From NCBI GenBank assembly GCA_951406725.2, contig OX597825.1, forward strand, positions 78,492,001-78,556,000: DNA of 64,000 nt, read 5' to 3'. Positions 12,851 to 26,484 of the stretch are shown in pieces (within the stretch, counting starts at the first letter, position 1; each line of letters begins with the position of its first letter). Source of the DNA: Octopus vulgaris. Lineage: Eukaryota. Made by a program: the position numbers and the translations under genes. The notes beneath the pieces are model-generated. The model searched no databases and was not told the origin of the DNA. It saw nothing but the letters and a program-made list of their open reading frames with translations.

Positions 12851-14230
12851 AATGCTTGCAATAGAACGGACGCCACGAAAGATATCCTAGGTACCAGATA
12901 GTGGTGTTAAAACGGGTGGCGTTAAAACGACAGATTAAGTGTACCACTGAAGCAGGCCATGGCAGGATGTGAACTCAGAATACAAGTAGCCGGAACAAAT
13001 GCAGAAAAGCATCCAATCCGATGTTCTTCCAGTTCCGTCAATCCATGGCTCTGGATTGATACCTTACTTTATGAACCCCCGAAAGAATGAAATACAATGT
13101 TGACCTCGATGAGATTCGAACTCAGAACATCGAATGTCAGAACAAATGCTGTGAGGTATTCTGCCCGATACGCTGACGCCTCTGCGAATTCGCTGTGTTT
13201 CCTTATTTAATACAGAACGGAAATACTACGCAATGAAGTCCTTGGGTTACTTAAAAATGGGATGGTCATGGATGGTGTGTCTTTGTCTATATATCAGTTC
13301 GATATTTTCGTAGAGTTAAATAACTGTTTGCAGTTTAGGAACAAGTCGCGAAAATTTGGAAGAAGGGTGTCAGTCGATGTCAGCCAAGACATGGAATCAG
13401 TCAACGATTCCAGTATTTCATTTGTACATAATTTTATTGATTCTGGAAGGATACCAGGTAAAATTGACTGACCTCCACAGAATTTGAAACCGAAATGTAG
13501 AGAGCTGAACCAAATACCATACTGCAAGACATTTTTTTTTTCAATGATCTAATGGTTCTGTGAATCCACAACCCAACCTGGAACAAAATAACAGCCATTT
13601 CTTCCGCACTTTCCGGAGAAAAGAACAGCGAGAGAGCAAGAACGAAAGAGAGGGCGAAGAAAGGGAAAGGATGTTAGAAAGAAGGAGAAAAGAGAGGACA
13701 ACGGAAAGAATGAGGGAGAGGGAAGGGGAGAGATGGAGGGGGAGAGAGGGAGTGAAGAGGGAGAAAGCGCCTTCTGATGCGTAACATAAGGGTACGAGTC
13801 TCCAGTTCATCCGTCCTCTAAACATTGGAATAATAATATGGGGATGGGCACATATGGAGGGTTCTGGTATTGGACCCCTACTTAGGAGACTATGATGACG
13901 GAATAAATTTCTTTTGAAGATTAATCAAGAAGGAGAGCCTGGTCGGGTCTGGTCGGGTCTGGTCGCGTCTGGTCGGATCTGGTTGGTTCATTTGGAGTCA
14001 TGTTGTGACAGGAAGTGTTCGGTACGTCTGCCTGTTGTGAAGTCTAACATCCAGATAAGTGCGTAAGTGTATACATATGTATGTGTATACATAGTTATGA
14101 ACACACACACACATCCACCCACGCAGACACACACACATACATATACATCACTGTCTGTCTCTACATACATAATGCATACATAGACTGATTGATTGATAGA
14201 TTGATATACTTCCATACATATCTATACATT

Positions 14231-14267
<37 letters not shown>

Positions 14268-14366
14268 GTGTGTGTGTGTCTGTGTGTGTGTGTCTGTGTG
14301 TGTGTGTCTGTGTGTGTGTGTGTGTGTGAACATTTATGCATATATATAAATGCACATATGTGAATA

Positions 14367-14397
<31 letters not shown>

Positions 14398-14486
14398 GCT
14401 TGATATGAAATCGTGTGCTAAAACAGATATTGTTATATTTAGGCATGTTCATCTTGCTAATAAACTCACGCATTATTTATTTCATC

Positions 14487-14526
<40 letters not shown>

Positions 14527-14612
14527 CATCATCATCATCTTCAGTATCTTCAGTACTGGACACCTCATCTTCTGGAGAAGCGAGCTGCTATCATCTCAAG
14601 CAGACAAGGTGT

Positions 14613-14663
14613 CCAGTAGTGAGAAGTAGACGAAATAGTCCGAAACCAGGACTGGTCTACTGG
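14613..14663 (+). ncRNA. Hammerhead-like fold with mutated 5' core
   Basis: Stem I CCAGTA/TACTGG, stem II GAC-GAAATA-GTC, GAAA, helix III CCAG-GA-CTGG, GUC triplet. The 5' core reads GTGAGAAG, while the adjacent inverted copy (minus strand, 14547-14565) reads GGTGTCCAGTA-CTGAAGA. Confidence 0.6.
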
Positions 14664-14706
14664 TCCCATCACTAAGAGATGGTAGGGGTTCGCTCCCTGC
14701 TCGCAA

Positions 14707-14782
<76 letters not shown>

Positions 14783-14921
14783 AGCCATGTGCAATGTGTT
14801 TCCGTAAAGGAAACCTATAATTATCACTTAATGTGACTAAAGGTATTAGAACACATTCATTGCTAGAAATGAGGCCTAAAATGCTCTTAAACTGTAGTTA
14901 AAGCACACACACACAGACATA

Positions 14922-14952
<31 letters not shown>

Positions 14953-14989
14953 GTCCCCCCATACACACACTATAGTGTATGTATGGAAG

Positions 14990-15070
14990 ACGCCGAAGAT
15001 TCCACGCAGTGGGACTGAACCCAGAACCATGTGGTTGGTAAGCAAACTACTTACCACAGAGCCACTCCTG
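14990..15070 (-). mobile_element. SINE family B head fragment
   Basis: Reverse complement of GGAGTGGCTCTGTGGTAAGTAGTTTGCTTACCAACCACATGGTTCTGGGTTCAGTCCCACTGCGTGG. Confidence 0.85.
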
Positions 15071-15072
15071 CA

Positions 15073-15162
<90 letters not shown>

Positions 15163-15227
15163 TATGTATGTATATATATAATATTTTATATATATATACA
15201 CGTATATATATAACATATATATATATA

Positions 15228-15279
<52 letters not shown>

Positions 15280-15287
15280 TACATACA

Positions 15288-15838
15288 TATAGCGTCAGAA
15301 TTTGTTAATGTGATAATGTATTGCGATTAAAATGTTATTTAAAATATTATTGCTGTTGGGGTTGGTTGTTGTTGATGTTGTCATTGCGGTTGTTGCAGTT
15401 GTTGCTGTTGTCGTTGTTGTGCTGCTGCTGGTGGGGAGCGTATCGCGGCACAGCTTCCATCCAAAACCAACCGCACTCCTTACGTAAAGAAAGGTCATAA
15501 AAGAGATCTCACCAGATTGCCGGCTTGAAACAACATAGCGTTCTACGTTAAGGGCAAGCCGACTCGAACTGTTCTCGGTGTTCTCTTCTCTCGGGTACGC
15601 TGACTCCAAATATCATAATGTTATGCTTTACACGTGCACTAACACGAAATATCATAGTCTTCTTTAAGGGTATGCTGACTTTAAATATCATGAGGTTTTG
15701 GTTTAGGGGTACACGGATGTGTATGTCCTCTTGACTAATTTCTGAAGTAAATTCTACGTGACAAAATGTGAGTATGTACATATATGTGCATAGCATATAT
15801 GTTGTACGTATATGCATACATATATATATGTATACATA

Positions 15839-15878
<40 letters not shown>

Positions 15879-16041
15879 TGTGTGCGTGCGTGCGTGTTAA
15901 ATTCAACTTACGTTGAAAGTCAACAAACATGGCTGGCCGCCGACAAACATTTCTGCTAAATATGGATAGTTTATCATGTTCATGCTATATTATTAGCATT
16001 ATCCTGCGTTTGAAAATAAAATTATTTCCTTATCTGTTTCT

Positions 16042-16073
<32 letters not shown>

Positions 16074-16636
16074 CATACATACATATAGCGTCAGAATTTG
16101 TTAATGTGATAATGTATTGCGATTAAAATGTTATTTAAAATATTATTGCTGTTGGGGTTGGTTGTTGTTGATGTTGTCATTGCGGTTGTTGCACGGTTGT
16201 TGCTGTTGTCGTTGTTGTGCTGCTGCTGGTGGGGAGCGTATCGCGGCACAGCTTCCATCCAAAACCAACCGCACTCCTTACGTAAAGAAAGGTCATAAAA
16301 GAGATCTCACCAGATTGCCGGCTTGAAACAACATAACGTTCTACGTTAAGGGCAAGCCGACTTCAACTGTTCTCGGTGTTCTCTTCTCTCGGGTACGCTG
16401 ACTCCAAATATCATAATGTTATGCTTTACACGTGCACTAACACGAAATATCATAGTCTTCTTTAAGGGTATGCTGACTTTAAATATCATGAGGTTTTGGT
16501 TTAGGGGTACACGGATGTGTATGTCCTCTTGACTAATTTCTGAAGTAAATTCTACGTGACAAAATGTGAGTATGTACATATATGTGCATAGCATATATGT
16601 TGTACGTATATGCATACATATATATATGTATACATA

Positions 16637-16670
<34 letters not shown>

Positions 16671-16883
16671 TGTGTGTGTGCGTGTGTGTGCGTGCGTGCG
16701 TGTTAAATTCAACTTACGTTGAAAGTCAACAAACATGGCTGGCCGCCGACAAACATTTCTGCTAAATATGGATAGTTTATCATGTTCATGCTATATTATT
16801 AGCATTATCCTGCGTTTGAAAATAAAATTATTTCCTTATCTGTTTCTTATATATATATATATATATATACATACATACATACA

Positions 16884-16885
<2 letters not shown>
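15288..16885. repeat. ~800-bp near-identical tandem duplication
   Basis: ATAGCGTCAGAATTTGTTAATG starts both units (15288 and 16085). ORFs 15548-15817 and 16346-16615 are nearly identical. Confidence 0.95.
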
Positions 16886-16929
<44 letters not shown>

Positions 16930-17002
16930 AGGTGGTGCTATTAAGTTAGACATGGCCTGGGCCAATAATGGCCGAAACCTATCAAAGTATCAAAGTATCA
17001 AA

Positions 17003-17051
<49 letters not shown>

Positions 17052-17230
17052 CATATATATATCCATCCATATACATATAAGCATTTATGCGTGCATATAC
17101 ACATATATAAATATATATATATGTATATATCTATATATATATATTTATACACATATATATACATATATATATATACATACATGTATATATATATGTATAT
17201 ATATATATGTATATATATATATATGTATAT

Positions 17231-17386
<156 letters not shown>

Positions 17387-17399
17387 AAGCAAACAGAGT

Positions 17400-17945
17400 T
17401 AGCAGTTATAGTAACTGACTAAGGGATAAAATATCCGTATTTACTAACGCTATCAGTTACCTGTGCTATTCCTGGGCATGTGTACGTAGGTACACTATGC
17501 TCGTTGAGTACAGGTAACAACAGAATAAACAAAAGTTTATCAGGAATCAAATTTATGTAATCAGAAAATGGAGAAAACTTTAGATCAACAAACAAATTGG
17601 ACCACATCTGTAGATTATTTTTAATACAAAACATGACATAACACTTTTGTGATATAACAATTCTTACGGCCGTTTCTGCTTCCAGTGTCAGTCGCTGCCT
17701 ACGAAAGAATAACGAAAATAATGTATTCACTCTGAGGAAGCTACATGTACTAGTTCGACTATCCTATGAAGATGAAGAATATCATTTTCGTAATTCTTTC
17801 GTAGGCAGCGACTGACATTGGAAGCAGAAACAGCCGTAAGCATTGTTATGTCACAAAAATGTTATATAATGTTTTGTATTAAAAAATAATCTACAGATGT
17901 AGTTCAATTTGTTTGTTTGTTGATCTCTTCGTTTCCCGATTATTT
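17400..17945 (+). mobile_element. Hammerhead-bearing element with inverted partial copy (arms 17582-17728 and 17778-17926)
   Basis: CACT-CTGAGGA (17732), 88-nt stem II region, then GAAA-CAGCCG-TA-AG (17827-17840). The left arm is the reverse complement of the right arm and includes GAAACGGCCGTAAG. Confidence 0.75.
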
Positions 17946-17959
17946 ATATATATTTATAT

Positions 17960-18081
17960 ATGGAGTTTAACGCAGGTATAATTCAAATACTTTTACTTCC
18001 AACACATGTTTCGAAGATCTCACTGATATTATTATGTGTCGGAAGTAAAAGTATTTGAATTATACCTGCGTTAAACTCCAT
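17960..18081. repeat. 48-bp inverted repeat made of the 3' end of the 2296-type hammerhead element
   Basis: Arms 17960-18007 and 18034-18081. The minus strand reads CTTCGAAACATGTGTTGGAAGTAAAAGTATTTGAAT, similar to CTTCGAAACAAGTCGAAAGTAAAAGAATTTTAAT at 2358. Confidence 0.75.
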
Positions 18082-18240
18082 TTATTTATTTATATATTAT
18101 ACAAAAAAATTCCACGTAAACCCGAAGATTCTACCTTTAAAAACAAGGAGTTACAACTTCTTTACATGTGTGATTTTTTGCTACCCTGGTAACTATTTAT
18201 CTATTTTTTCCGTGTTGATTGTTAACAAGGGGAAAATACA

Positions 18241-18318
<78 letters not shown>

Positions 18319-18374
18319 TATATACATATATATATACACATATACATATATACATATATTTATATGTATATTTT

Positions 18375-18533
<159 letters not shown>

Positions 18534-18569
18534 CACATATACATATATACATATATTTATATGTATATT

Positions 18570-18610
<41 letters not shown>

Positions 18611-18995
18611 ATACATATACGTATATACATATATATATATGTATATTAATGCACATGCTTCCACACACAGACGCACACACACTTATATGAATGTAATTAG
18701 AAAAGATAGGGATGTAAATATAAATGTGCATACGCACACATGAATACAAACACACATACACACACATATAGATATAGCTGAGTGTGTGTGTGTGTTGGTG
18801 AACGTATACAGAATAAAAGTGCAGATCTAATGAAGCAATACCTACCATCATTCACAATTAATGTTGACTTTCTAATTAACACAGTAATTAACACACTAAC
18901 AACTACATAAATAAATAAAAGCAGTGCGGTCGATTTCCAGTTGTTGTTGTTGCTATTATTGTTGTTGCTTTCTATATTATTTTCTGTTGTAAAGT

Positions 18996-19505
18996 AGCGA
19001 GCTGGCAGAATCGTTTGCACGCCGGGCGAAATGCGCAGCCATATTTCGTCTGCCGCTACGTTCTGAGTTCAAATTCCGCCGAGGTCGACTTTGCCTTTCA
19101 TCCTTTCGGAGTCGATAAATTAAGTACCAGTTACGCACTGGGGTCGATGTAATCGACTTAATTCGTTTGTTTGTCCTTGTTTTTCCCCTCTATGTTTAGC
19201 TCCTTGTGGGTAGTAAAAAAATAAGTACTTCAACCGTCGCTGCGTTCTGAGTTCAAATTCTGCCGAGGTCGACTTTGCCTCTCGTCCTCTCGGGTCGATC
19301 GATCACGTACCAGTTAGATACTGGGGTCGATGTAATCGGCTATCCCCCTCCTCCAAAATTTCAGGTCTGGTCTCTATAAAGTAGAAAAGATTATTTCCCG
19401 CTGTTATAAAGCGGCGAGCTGGGAGAATCGTTAGCAAGCCGGACACAATGCTTTTCAACATTTCCTCTGGTTCTTTACTTTCTGAGTTCAAAATACTGCC
19501 GAGGA
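18996..19505 (+). mobile_element. Three head-to-tail SINE family A units
   Basis: Full copy 18996-19225, 5'-truncated copy 19230-19390 and head 19410-19505. Confidence 0.85.
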
Positions 19506-19592
19506 TGTATGTATGCGTGTTCGTGTGTGTGTGAGTTTTCTCATCTGTGTATATGCGTATGTATCATATGGATGCGACAATACCCATCTACA

Positions 19593-19651
<59 letters not shown>

Positions 19652-19784
19652 ATTTATTTACTTATTTATTTATTTATATTTATATATATATGTATACATA
19701 TATATGCATGTATGTGTGTGTATATATATATACATGTGTGTCTGTAGGCGGTTGCTTGTGTGTGAGTTTGTATATATATATATG

Positions 19785-19828
<44 letters not shown>

Positions 19829-19862
19829 TGTATATGTATGTACGTATATATATATATTTATG

Positions 19863-19895
<33 letters not shown>

Positions 19896-19965
19896 GTATG
19901 TATATATATATATATACATACATACATACACATATATATATACATATATACATACACGTAAATGC

Positions 19966-20018
<53 letters not shown>

Positions 20019-20293
20019 CATATATATATATATATATGTATGTATATATGTAACATAAAAATTGAATCTAAATATATTTCCTCTAATGAATCACAACCAT
20101 TGTTAACGATATTCATTAGTGCAAGTTCATCAAGTTTAGCGTTAATGTTAGCAAAAATGCGTTTGACGGCCTTGTAAGGGCGTGTGCGCGCGCATGTGAC
20201 TTTGTGTACATATTTTCACGTATGTATATATGATATATGTATCTTGCATATACATATATGTGTGTATGCATATATATATATGTATATATATGT

Positions 20294-20353
<60 letters not shown>

Positions 20354-20492
20354 TAAGCACACACATATACATATATACATACACACTTTTTTAAATTGCG
20401 TAAAATATTGTTGTATAGTTGTATGATTTTTAAGATTTCACCTACGCATGTACTAATACGCATATTATTATATACGCATATTATATATATAC

Positions 20493-20537
<45 letters not shown>

Positions 20538-20644
20538 CATATGTAAGAGTGTGTGTGTATAAAAGTATAAATGAATAAAAGAATACATATATGCATGAGT
20601 ATATATGTGTTTATATATATATAATGTGTATGTAGATGTATCTT

Positions 20645-20869
20645 TTTTATTCTTTTACTTGTTTCTGTCATTTGACTGCGGCCATGCTGGAGCACCGCCT
20701 TTAGTCGAGCAAATCAATCCCAGGACTTAGTCTTTGTAAGCCTAGTACTTATTCTATCGGTCTGTTTTGCCGAACCGCTATGTTACGGAGGCGTAAACAC
20801 ACCAGCATCGGTTGCCAAGCGATGTTGGGAGGACAAACACAGACACACAAACATATACACTCACGTACA

Positions 20870-20950
<81 letters not shown>

Positions 20951-21126
20951 TTATATATGTACACATATATATATACATATATATGACGGTCTTCTTTCAG
21001 TTTCCGTCTACCAAATCCACTCACAAGGCTTTGGTTGGCCCGAGGCTATAGTAGAAGATACTTGCCCAAGGTGCCACTCAGTGTGAATGAACCCGGAACC
21101 ATGTGGTTGGTAAGCAAGCTACTTAC

Positions 21127-21127
<1 letters not shown>
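20645..21127 (-). mobile_element. SINE family B (CORE-like) with expanded internal microsatellite
   Basis: Reverse complement matches 27714-28126. Internal (TA)n at ~20875-20945. Confidence 0.9.
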
Positions 21128-21161
<34 letters not shown>

Positions 21162-21241
21162 ACCAGTAAATGGAGTAAATTCTTGATCGACAAACAAATT
21201 GATTACCATCGAATACTATTTTTTTAATACAAAATCTTTTA

Positions 21242-21363
21242 CACTTCTAACAGCCGTTTCTGCTTCCGATGTCCCTCAGCGCTGTCAAAGAAAACTTTCG
21301 AAAATAATATTCGTGTATATTCTATAGCACATCCAATCTGGTACATGGAGCTTCATCAGAGTG
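21242..21363 (-). ncRNA. Type I hammerhead motif with ~92-nt stem II region
   Basis: Minus strand: CACT-CTGATGA-AGCTCCATGT...ACATCGGAAGC-A-GAAA-CGGCTG-TT-AG. Homologous to 17728-17840. Confidence 0.7.
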
Positions 21364-21921
21364 AAGAAAATTCATAAAATAAAAGAAGAGAAGAGAAAAG
21401 AAAAGGGCGTCGAGATGAGGAAAGAAGGCTCGATATATTTGAATCATACCAGTTTGCAGTGTAACGCTTCAAGCATATAACCACACACATGTATATTTAG
21501 ATACATCTATATACACATATATATATATATATAGACATGTGTACTTGTGTGCGTTTGTGTGTGTGAGTATGTGTATTTGTGTGAATGTGAGTATTTGTGT
21601 GAATGTGTGTATCTGTGTCTGTGTTTCTTCTCCCTCCCACTGCTTGGCAACAAGTGTTTGATTTGTTTACGTCTCCGTAACTTAGCGGTTTGCAAATGGA
21701 ACTGATGGAATCAGTTCCAGGCTTTAAAAAAATAAATAAGTTTATCGATTCGTTCCACTAAAATTTCTCAAGGCTTGGTCGCAGTCTGATGACTTAAAGA
21801 AGTAAATAGAAAAAAAGGGTGATGTAAAAAGATTATCATACGTAATATCTTAGATAGACCAAATATGTTGGGGGAGAAATTTAGTAGACGAAGCTGAAAT
21901 CATTGAGGAAGGCTTAAATCT

Positions 21922-22212
21922 TCATCTTGTTTTGTCTGGAGGGAGTCATATTGTCTTAATGCTTTATTGTCCAATACACTCACCGGTTCGATTTCCATTC
22001 ATTTATTATTTATATATATTTGTTCCTTCCAAAATTTTCGTTGCTCTTGCAGCCTTGTCAGTTGATGTTGACTCTTACTAAACTGAGAACAGCAACGAAA
22101 ATTTTGGAAGAAAAAAATATATGTAAATAATAAATGAGTGGAAATCGAACCAGTGTGTGAGTTAGATAATAAGGTATTAAGACAATATGACTCTCCCTAG
22201 GTACAACAAAAT
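21922..22212. mobile_element. Foldback/MITE-like element with ~120-bp inverted arms
   Basis: GAGTCATATTGTCTTAAT...TTCCAAAATTTTCGTTGCT pairs with AGCAACGAAAATTTTGGAA...ATTAAGACAATATGACTC. Confidence 0.8.
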
Positions 22213-22269
22213 CTGCTTCAACACGCGAATTCCCATAAAGAATCTTGCAAATCAGATACTAAAACGAAG

Positions 22270-22925
22270 TATATTTTCATCGTTCTCCAAGCATATGTAG
22301 TGACACAGAGGAATCAATGGATATTAGTTGCCGTTGTGAAACAGCATTGCTTTTAAATTTCTCATAAAATAATCAAATAACAGAGGCCATCGATTGGACT
22401 GGAGTCTAAAACCAATAGCAGCAAAGGGAATTCTTACACCAATACAGTACCACAGTGATTCAGGCACTGAATAGATACAGGCAAAGTTGCATTCCTTATT
22501 CGATCTTTCGGAATTGTCGTCTTTGCGTCCTAGTAGTTTAATTCTTTCAATTTGGATGCCAGCATCTCTGCTTCAGATTTGGTAAAATTCAAGTCTTTTA
22601 CGAAGTCACTAAGCTCTTATTTGATATAGGAAGTGGGCTTCTCCACATTAACATGATGCTTCTTCTTCTTCTTGATCTTAATCGTGATCCCACATTTCAA
22701 TATCATATTCTTCTGGGGTTTTTTCTTTTGGATTTTTTTTCGAAAGCTGGACAAAGTGAAGTCGGTAGCTGTTTGTCATACAACACTGGTACAATTCAAA
22801 ATAGGTTGACTAGTTTCTTCCTCTCTTGTGAGCCTTTATAAGTAAACACGTCCACTTTACAGAAACAGTAGTCATTAGATGATCTGTAGGTTCTCGCTAG
22901 ATTCTTGGAATGGTAAACAGTCAGC
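22270..22925 (-). mobile_element. Decayed DNA transposase, Chapaev3-like (CMC superfamily)
   Basis: Minus-strand remnants IPRI*REPTDHL/NDYCFC, ELSDFVKDLNFTKSEAEMLASKLKE and RWPLLFDYFMRNLKAMLFHNGN*YPLIPLCH resemble WREPxNH..DCYFC, ELNDLVRDL.LSK..AELL.SRLKE and WRLFIDSSKRSLKAVLLHNGN. The family assignment is from memory, not a search. Confidence 0.7.
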
Positions 22926-23416
22926 ATTTCTTGCAGGTAATCCGGGAAAAGAAAGTTACTGGAAAAACGCTAAAGAAGCACAAGACTACGCCAGAGTTTC
23001 TTCGTGATTTCGGCTGGAATATTCATTTTAATCGCCAACATTAAAAATTCTGAATATCCGTGTAATGCCACAGTATTATGTAATGTGTTTTCGATCTATA
23101 TATGTCACATATTGTCAATAAATGATTGACATAATTTTTTTGCCACATCGTCTTATTTTGTTTTAGAAATTGAATAAAATGGGTTCTTTTTTGACATGTG
23201 TGTAACGCCATTGCATATAAATTGCGTCATGTAAAGCTTTCGATATGCAATTTCATTCAATACTTATTGCTTTTATATAACTATTTACAATAGTATGTTC
23301 CAGATGTGTTATAAATCGATAAATATATTTCCCTTGGCTTGCTTGTGCAGTTTATTGCTTTATAAACAGTGTCTCATCTTGATCATTTTCTGTGTGAATA
23401 TTTCAATGAATTAACC

Positions 23417-23727
23417 TACCCTGCTTTCCGGCATACAAGTCGACCTATGAAATAAGTCGAGGTAGATTTTTCAGGAAAAAATACATGATTGTTTAAGTTT
23501 ATACTCATTGATTATAATCGCTCGTCAATATGAACACTAAGTACATATAAAGGGGATTAACAGGTAACAACAATTTTACTGTCATGGCGGACCTGAAGGG
23601 TAAACCTTCATCGTCTGGAATTTTAGGTCCCCCGCAATCGTCTTGGCGTATAAGTCGACCTACCTGTTGTGTTGGCTGTAAATATTGGTCACCAAACATT
23701 TGCTTTATATACCCGAAAACACGGTAA
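23417..23727. mobile_element. pogo/Tc2-like MITE
   Basis: Degenerate TIRs TACCCTGCTTTCCGGCATACAA / TTATATACCCGAAAACACGGTA with TA ends, plus repeated internal AAGTCGAC motifs. Confidence 0.55.
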
Positions 23728-23997
23728 GTAAATTACTACCGCTGTTTTTTTTTATATTCTAGAAAGTTCTACATAGAAAAAAGACGTTGATACGTGAGTA
23801 ATTTCACCACGACTATGTTGCACTTGATAAATATAAGTTCTCGAAATATTTCACAAAATATTGACGCTAACACGAAAAGAATTTTACCATCGTGTTCACC
23901 ATGCTCGTTGAACATTTTACAAATTCAAGTTAAACAAATTTTCTGTTGCGTAGTGTAATATACATACATAATATATATATTATATATATGTGTGTGC

Positions 23998-24044
<47 letters not shown>

Positions 24045-24782
24045 CAGATAGAGATACGTGTGTGTGTATGCATACCTATATATATATATTATAGCTGTAA
24101 TGTAGAAACTTTTTTTTTTCACTAAGTTATGTACACTATACGGTATGAAGCAGAATATAGTAGAAATTGCAAACATTTCGGACTTAACAGCAGGAAGCTA
24201 TCTTTGTTCGTAAATAGGGGAGTAGCAGCAGATACACACAAGTCAAAAAAAAAAAAAAAGAAATGTAAAAGAAAGAGACAAGAAAAAATGTATACGATGC
24301 GCGGGTGAAAAAAAAACTGTTTCACGAACCGGTGTCTCCCCCAGTGTGTGAGTGTGTGACGAAACAACAACGAGTTAATACTCAGATTGCGCGATAAAAA
24401 CCACTTAAAGATGCCGCTTTTCTTCTGTTACAAACATTTTAAGCCCCCATCAGGCGTTTTTTGACTGATACTTTCTTATCTTCACTCAGCCAAATGTGTT
24501 TTATTTTATTGATGCGGTTACAAACATGTATGTACGCTTATGTATATGAATATGTAGGTGTTTGTGTGTGTGTGTGTGTTGTTTGTGTGTGTGTGTTGTT
24601 TGTGTGTGTGTGTTGTTTGTGTGTGTCTGAACACATACAAATATGTATACATATATACGTATGTGTGTGTGTGTATGTATATGGATATATGTACGTATGT
24701 TTATATATATATGCATTTGTGTATATATATATGTATATTAATAGATACCTAGAAATATTTGAATGTATATTTATATGAACCT

Positions 24783-24833
<51 letters not shown>

Positions 24834-24889
24834 TTATATACATACATATACATATATCTAAATATATATGTACGTATATATACATTTAC

Positions 24890-24927
<38 letters not shown>

Positions 24928-24957
24928 GTATATATACATTTACATAAATATATATAT

Positions 24958-24990
<33 letters not shown>

Positions 24991-25562
24991 CAGATATATA
25001 CATACATGCATGCATGTATGTATATGTCAATGTACATACATATGACTTCGGTATGTGGGTGTGTTCATTTGAGATGATGGTATTTGATATTTCTGTCACA
25101 GAATACGGAAAAAAATATTTTCACGTCCTAGAAGTTTCATTGGTAGAAGAGCGAGTCGGTGGTTTAGACATCGCGTTATCTGACTTTAGAATTTCGATGA
25201 GTCGAGAAAATTGTCATCGTCGTCGTCGTCGTATCACAGGCGCTGATATTATGCACGTGACTTTTATCCTCTAGCTTTTATTTATCCTATTTATGGGACT
25301 AAGTCCATGTTAGGGCACCACCTTGAAGGGTTCAACCGAACAAATCGACCCTAGTAGTTTTTTTGAAGTCTGTTAATAATTCCATCAGGTTCTTTGCCGA
25401 AACGCTGTGTTACGAGAACGAAAACAATTCAACACCGGTTGTCAAGCGGCGGCGGGGTACAAGCAATACACACGCGCGCGTGTATATATATATATATATA
25501 TAATATTATATATATATATATACACACACGCACATACATACATACACCCCCCACCGCCCCCC

Positions 25563-25600
<38 letters not shown>

Positions 25601-26085
25601 AGTAGTTGAATGAATTATCTTATTAAGGATAATTCGAAAGATAACCGATACCTGGGTAGCAAATTCACATCAGAACTCCATTCTTTCATAAACTTATATA
25701 TATATATATATATATATTATGCATATGTATACGATGAAGTTGTTATATGTTTCAAATTATTCTCTGATGAGTAGTAGATACTCATTCTGCTGAAACACGG
25801 AGACCATGCTGCAAAGCTCTAATAATAAAGTCCAATAATAAATTACCTCATAGTTAACATCTTTCCTTTTCTGTATTACTATGATCATAAGACAAGACAC
25901 TTCACACTCTATATATGTGTGTGTGTATGTATGTGTGTATGTATGTGTGTGTGACAGCGTGTGTGTTGATAAATTTAGTCTTAAGTTCACATGCGTACGC
26001 TCGACAAACATCACTGTGAAAACTGATAGTGTATTTAAACCACAGGATATATTTAGACAGTGGCTGAATATTTATCAAAGGTATG

Positions 26086-26480
26086 TACGAGATGGTATCA
26101 AAAAGTTCCCGGACTAGTTCTGTGGCTAGTTCCGTGGCGCGACAACAGATGGCAGCACGCGGTTGTGTGCACAGTGAGAGTTAGCAGTGATCTTCATGAG
26201 GCAGTGTACCGAGTGGCATCGCAGTGTTTACTTCGCAAGTTGTGAAATTTGTGTTTTCGTGATCACGTGTATGCTGTAGTCTGCGATTTTTGTCATAGAC
26301 AGGAAGTTGGAGCAAAGAGCCGACATGAAATTTGTGTTAAACTTGGGAAGTCTGCTACAGAGACATTGAACAGGCCTCGGCAAGTTTACAGGGACGAAGC
26401 AATGAGTGGTACGAAATGTTTTGAGTGGTTTGGGCGCTTCAAAAGCGGGAGAACGTCCCTGCAAGACGATGAGCTTATCT
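26086..26480 (+). mobile_element. 5' part of a mariner transposon
   Basis: TIR-like TACGAGATGGTATCAAAAAGTTCCCGGA, then CVKLGKSATETLN..VYRDEAMSGTKCFEWFGRFKSGRTSLQDDE (mariner N-terminal HTH region). Confidence 0.85.
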
Positions 26481-26484
26481 GGAA

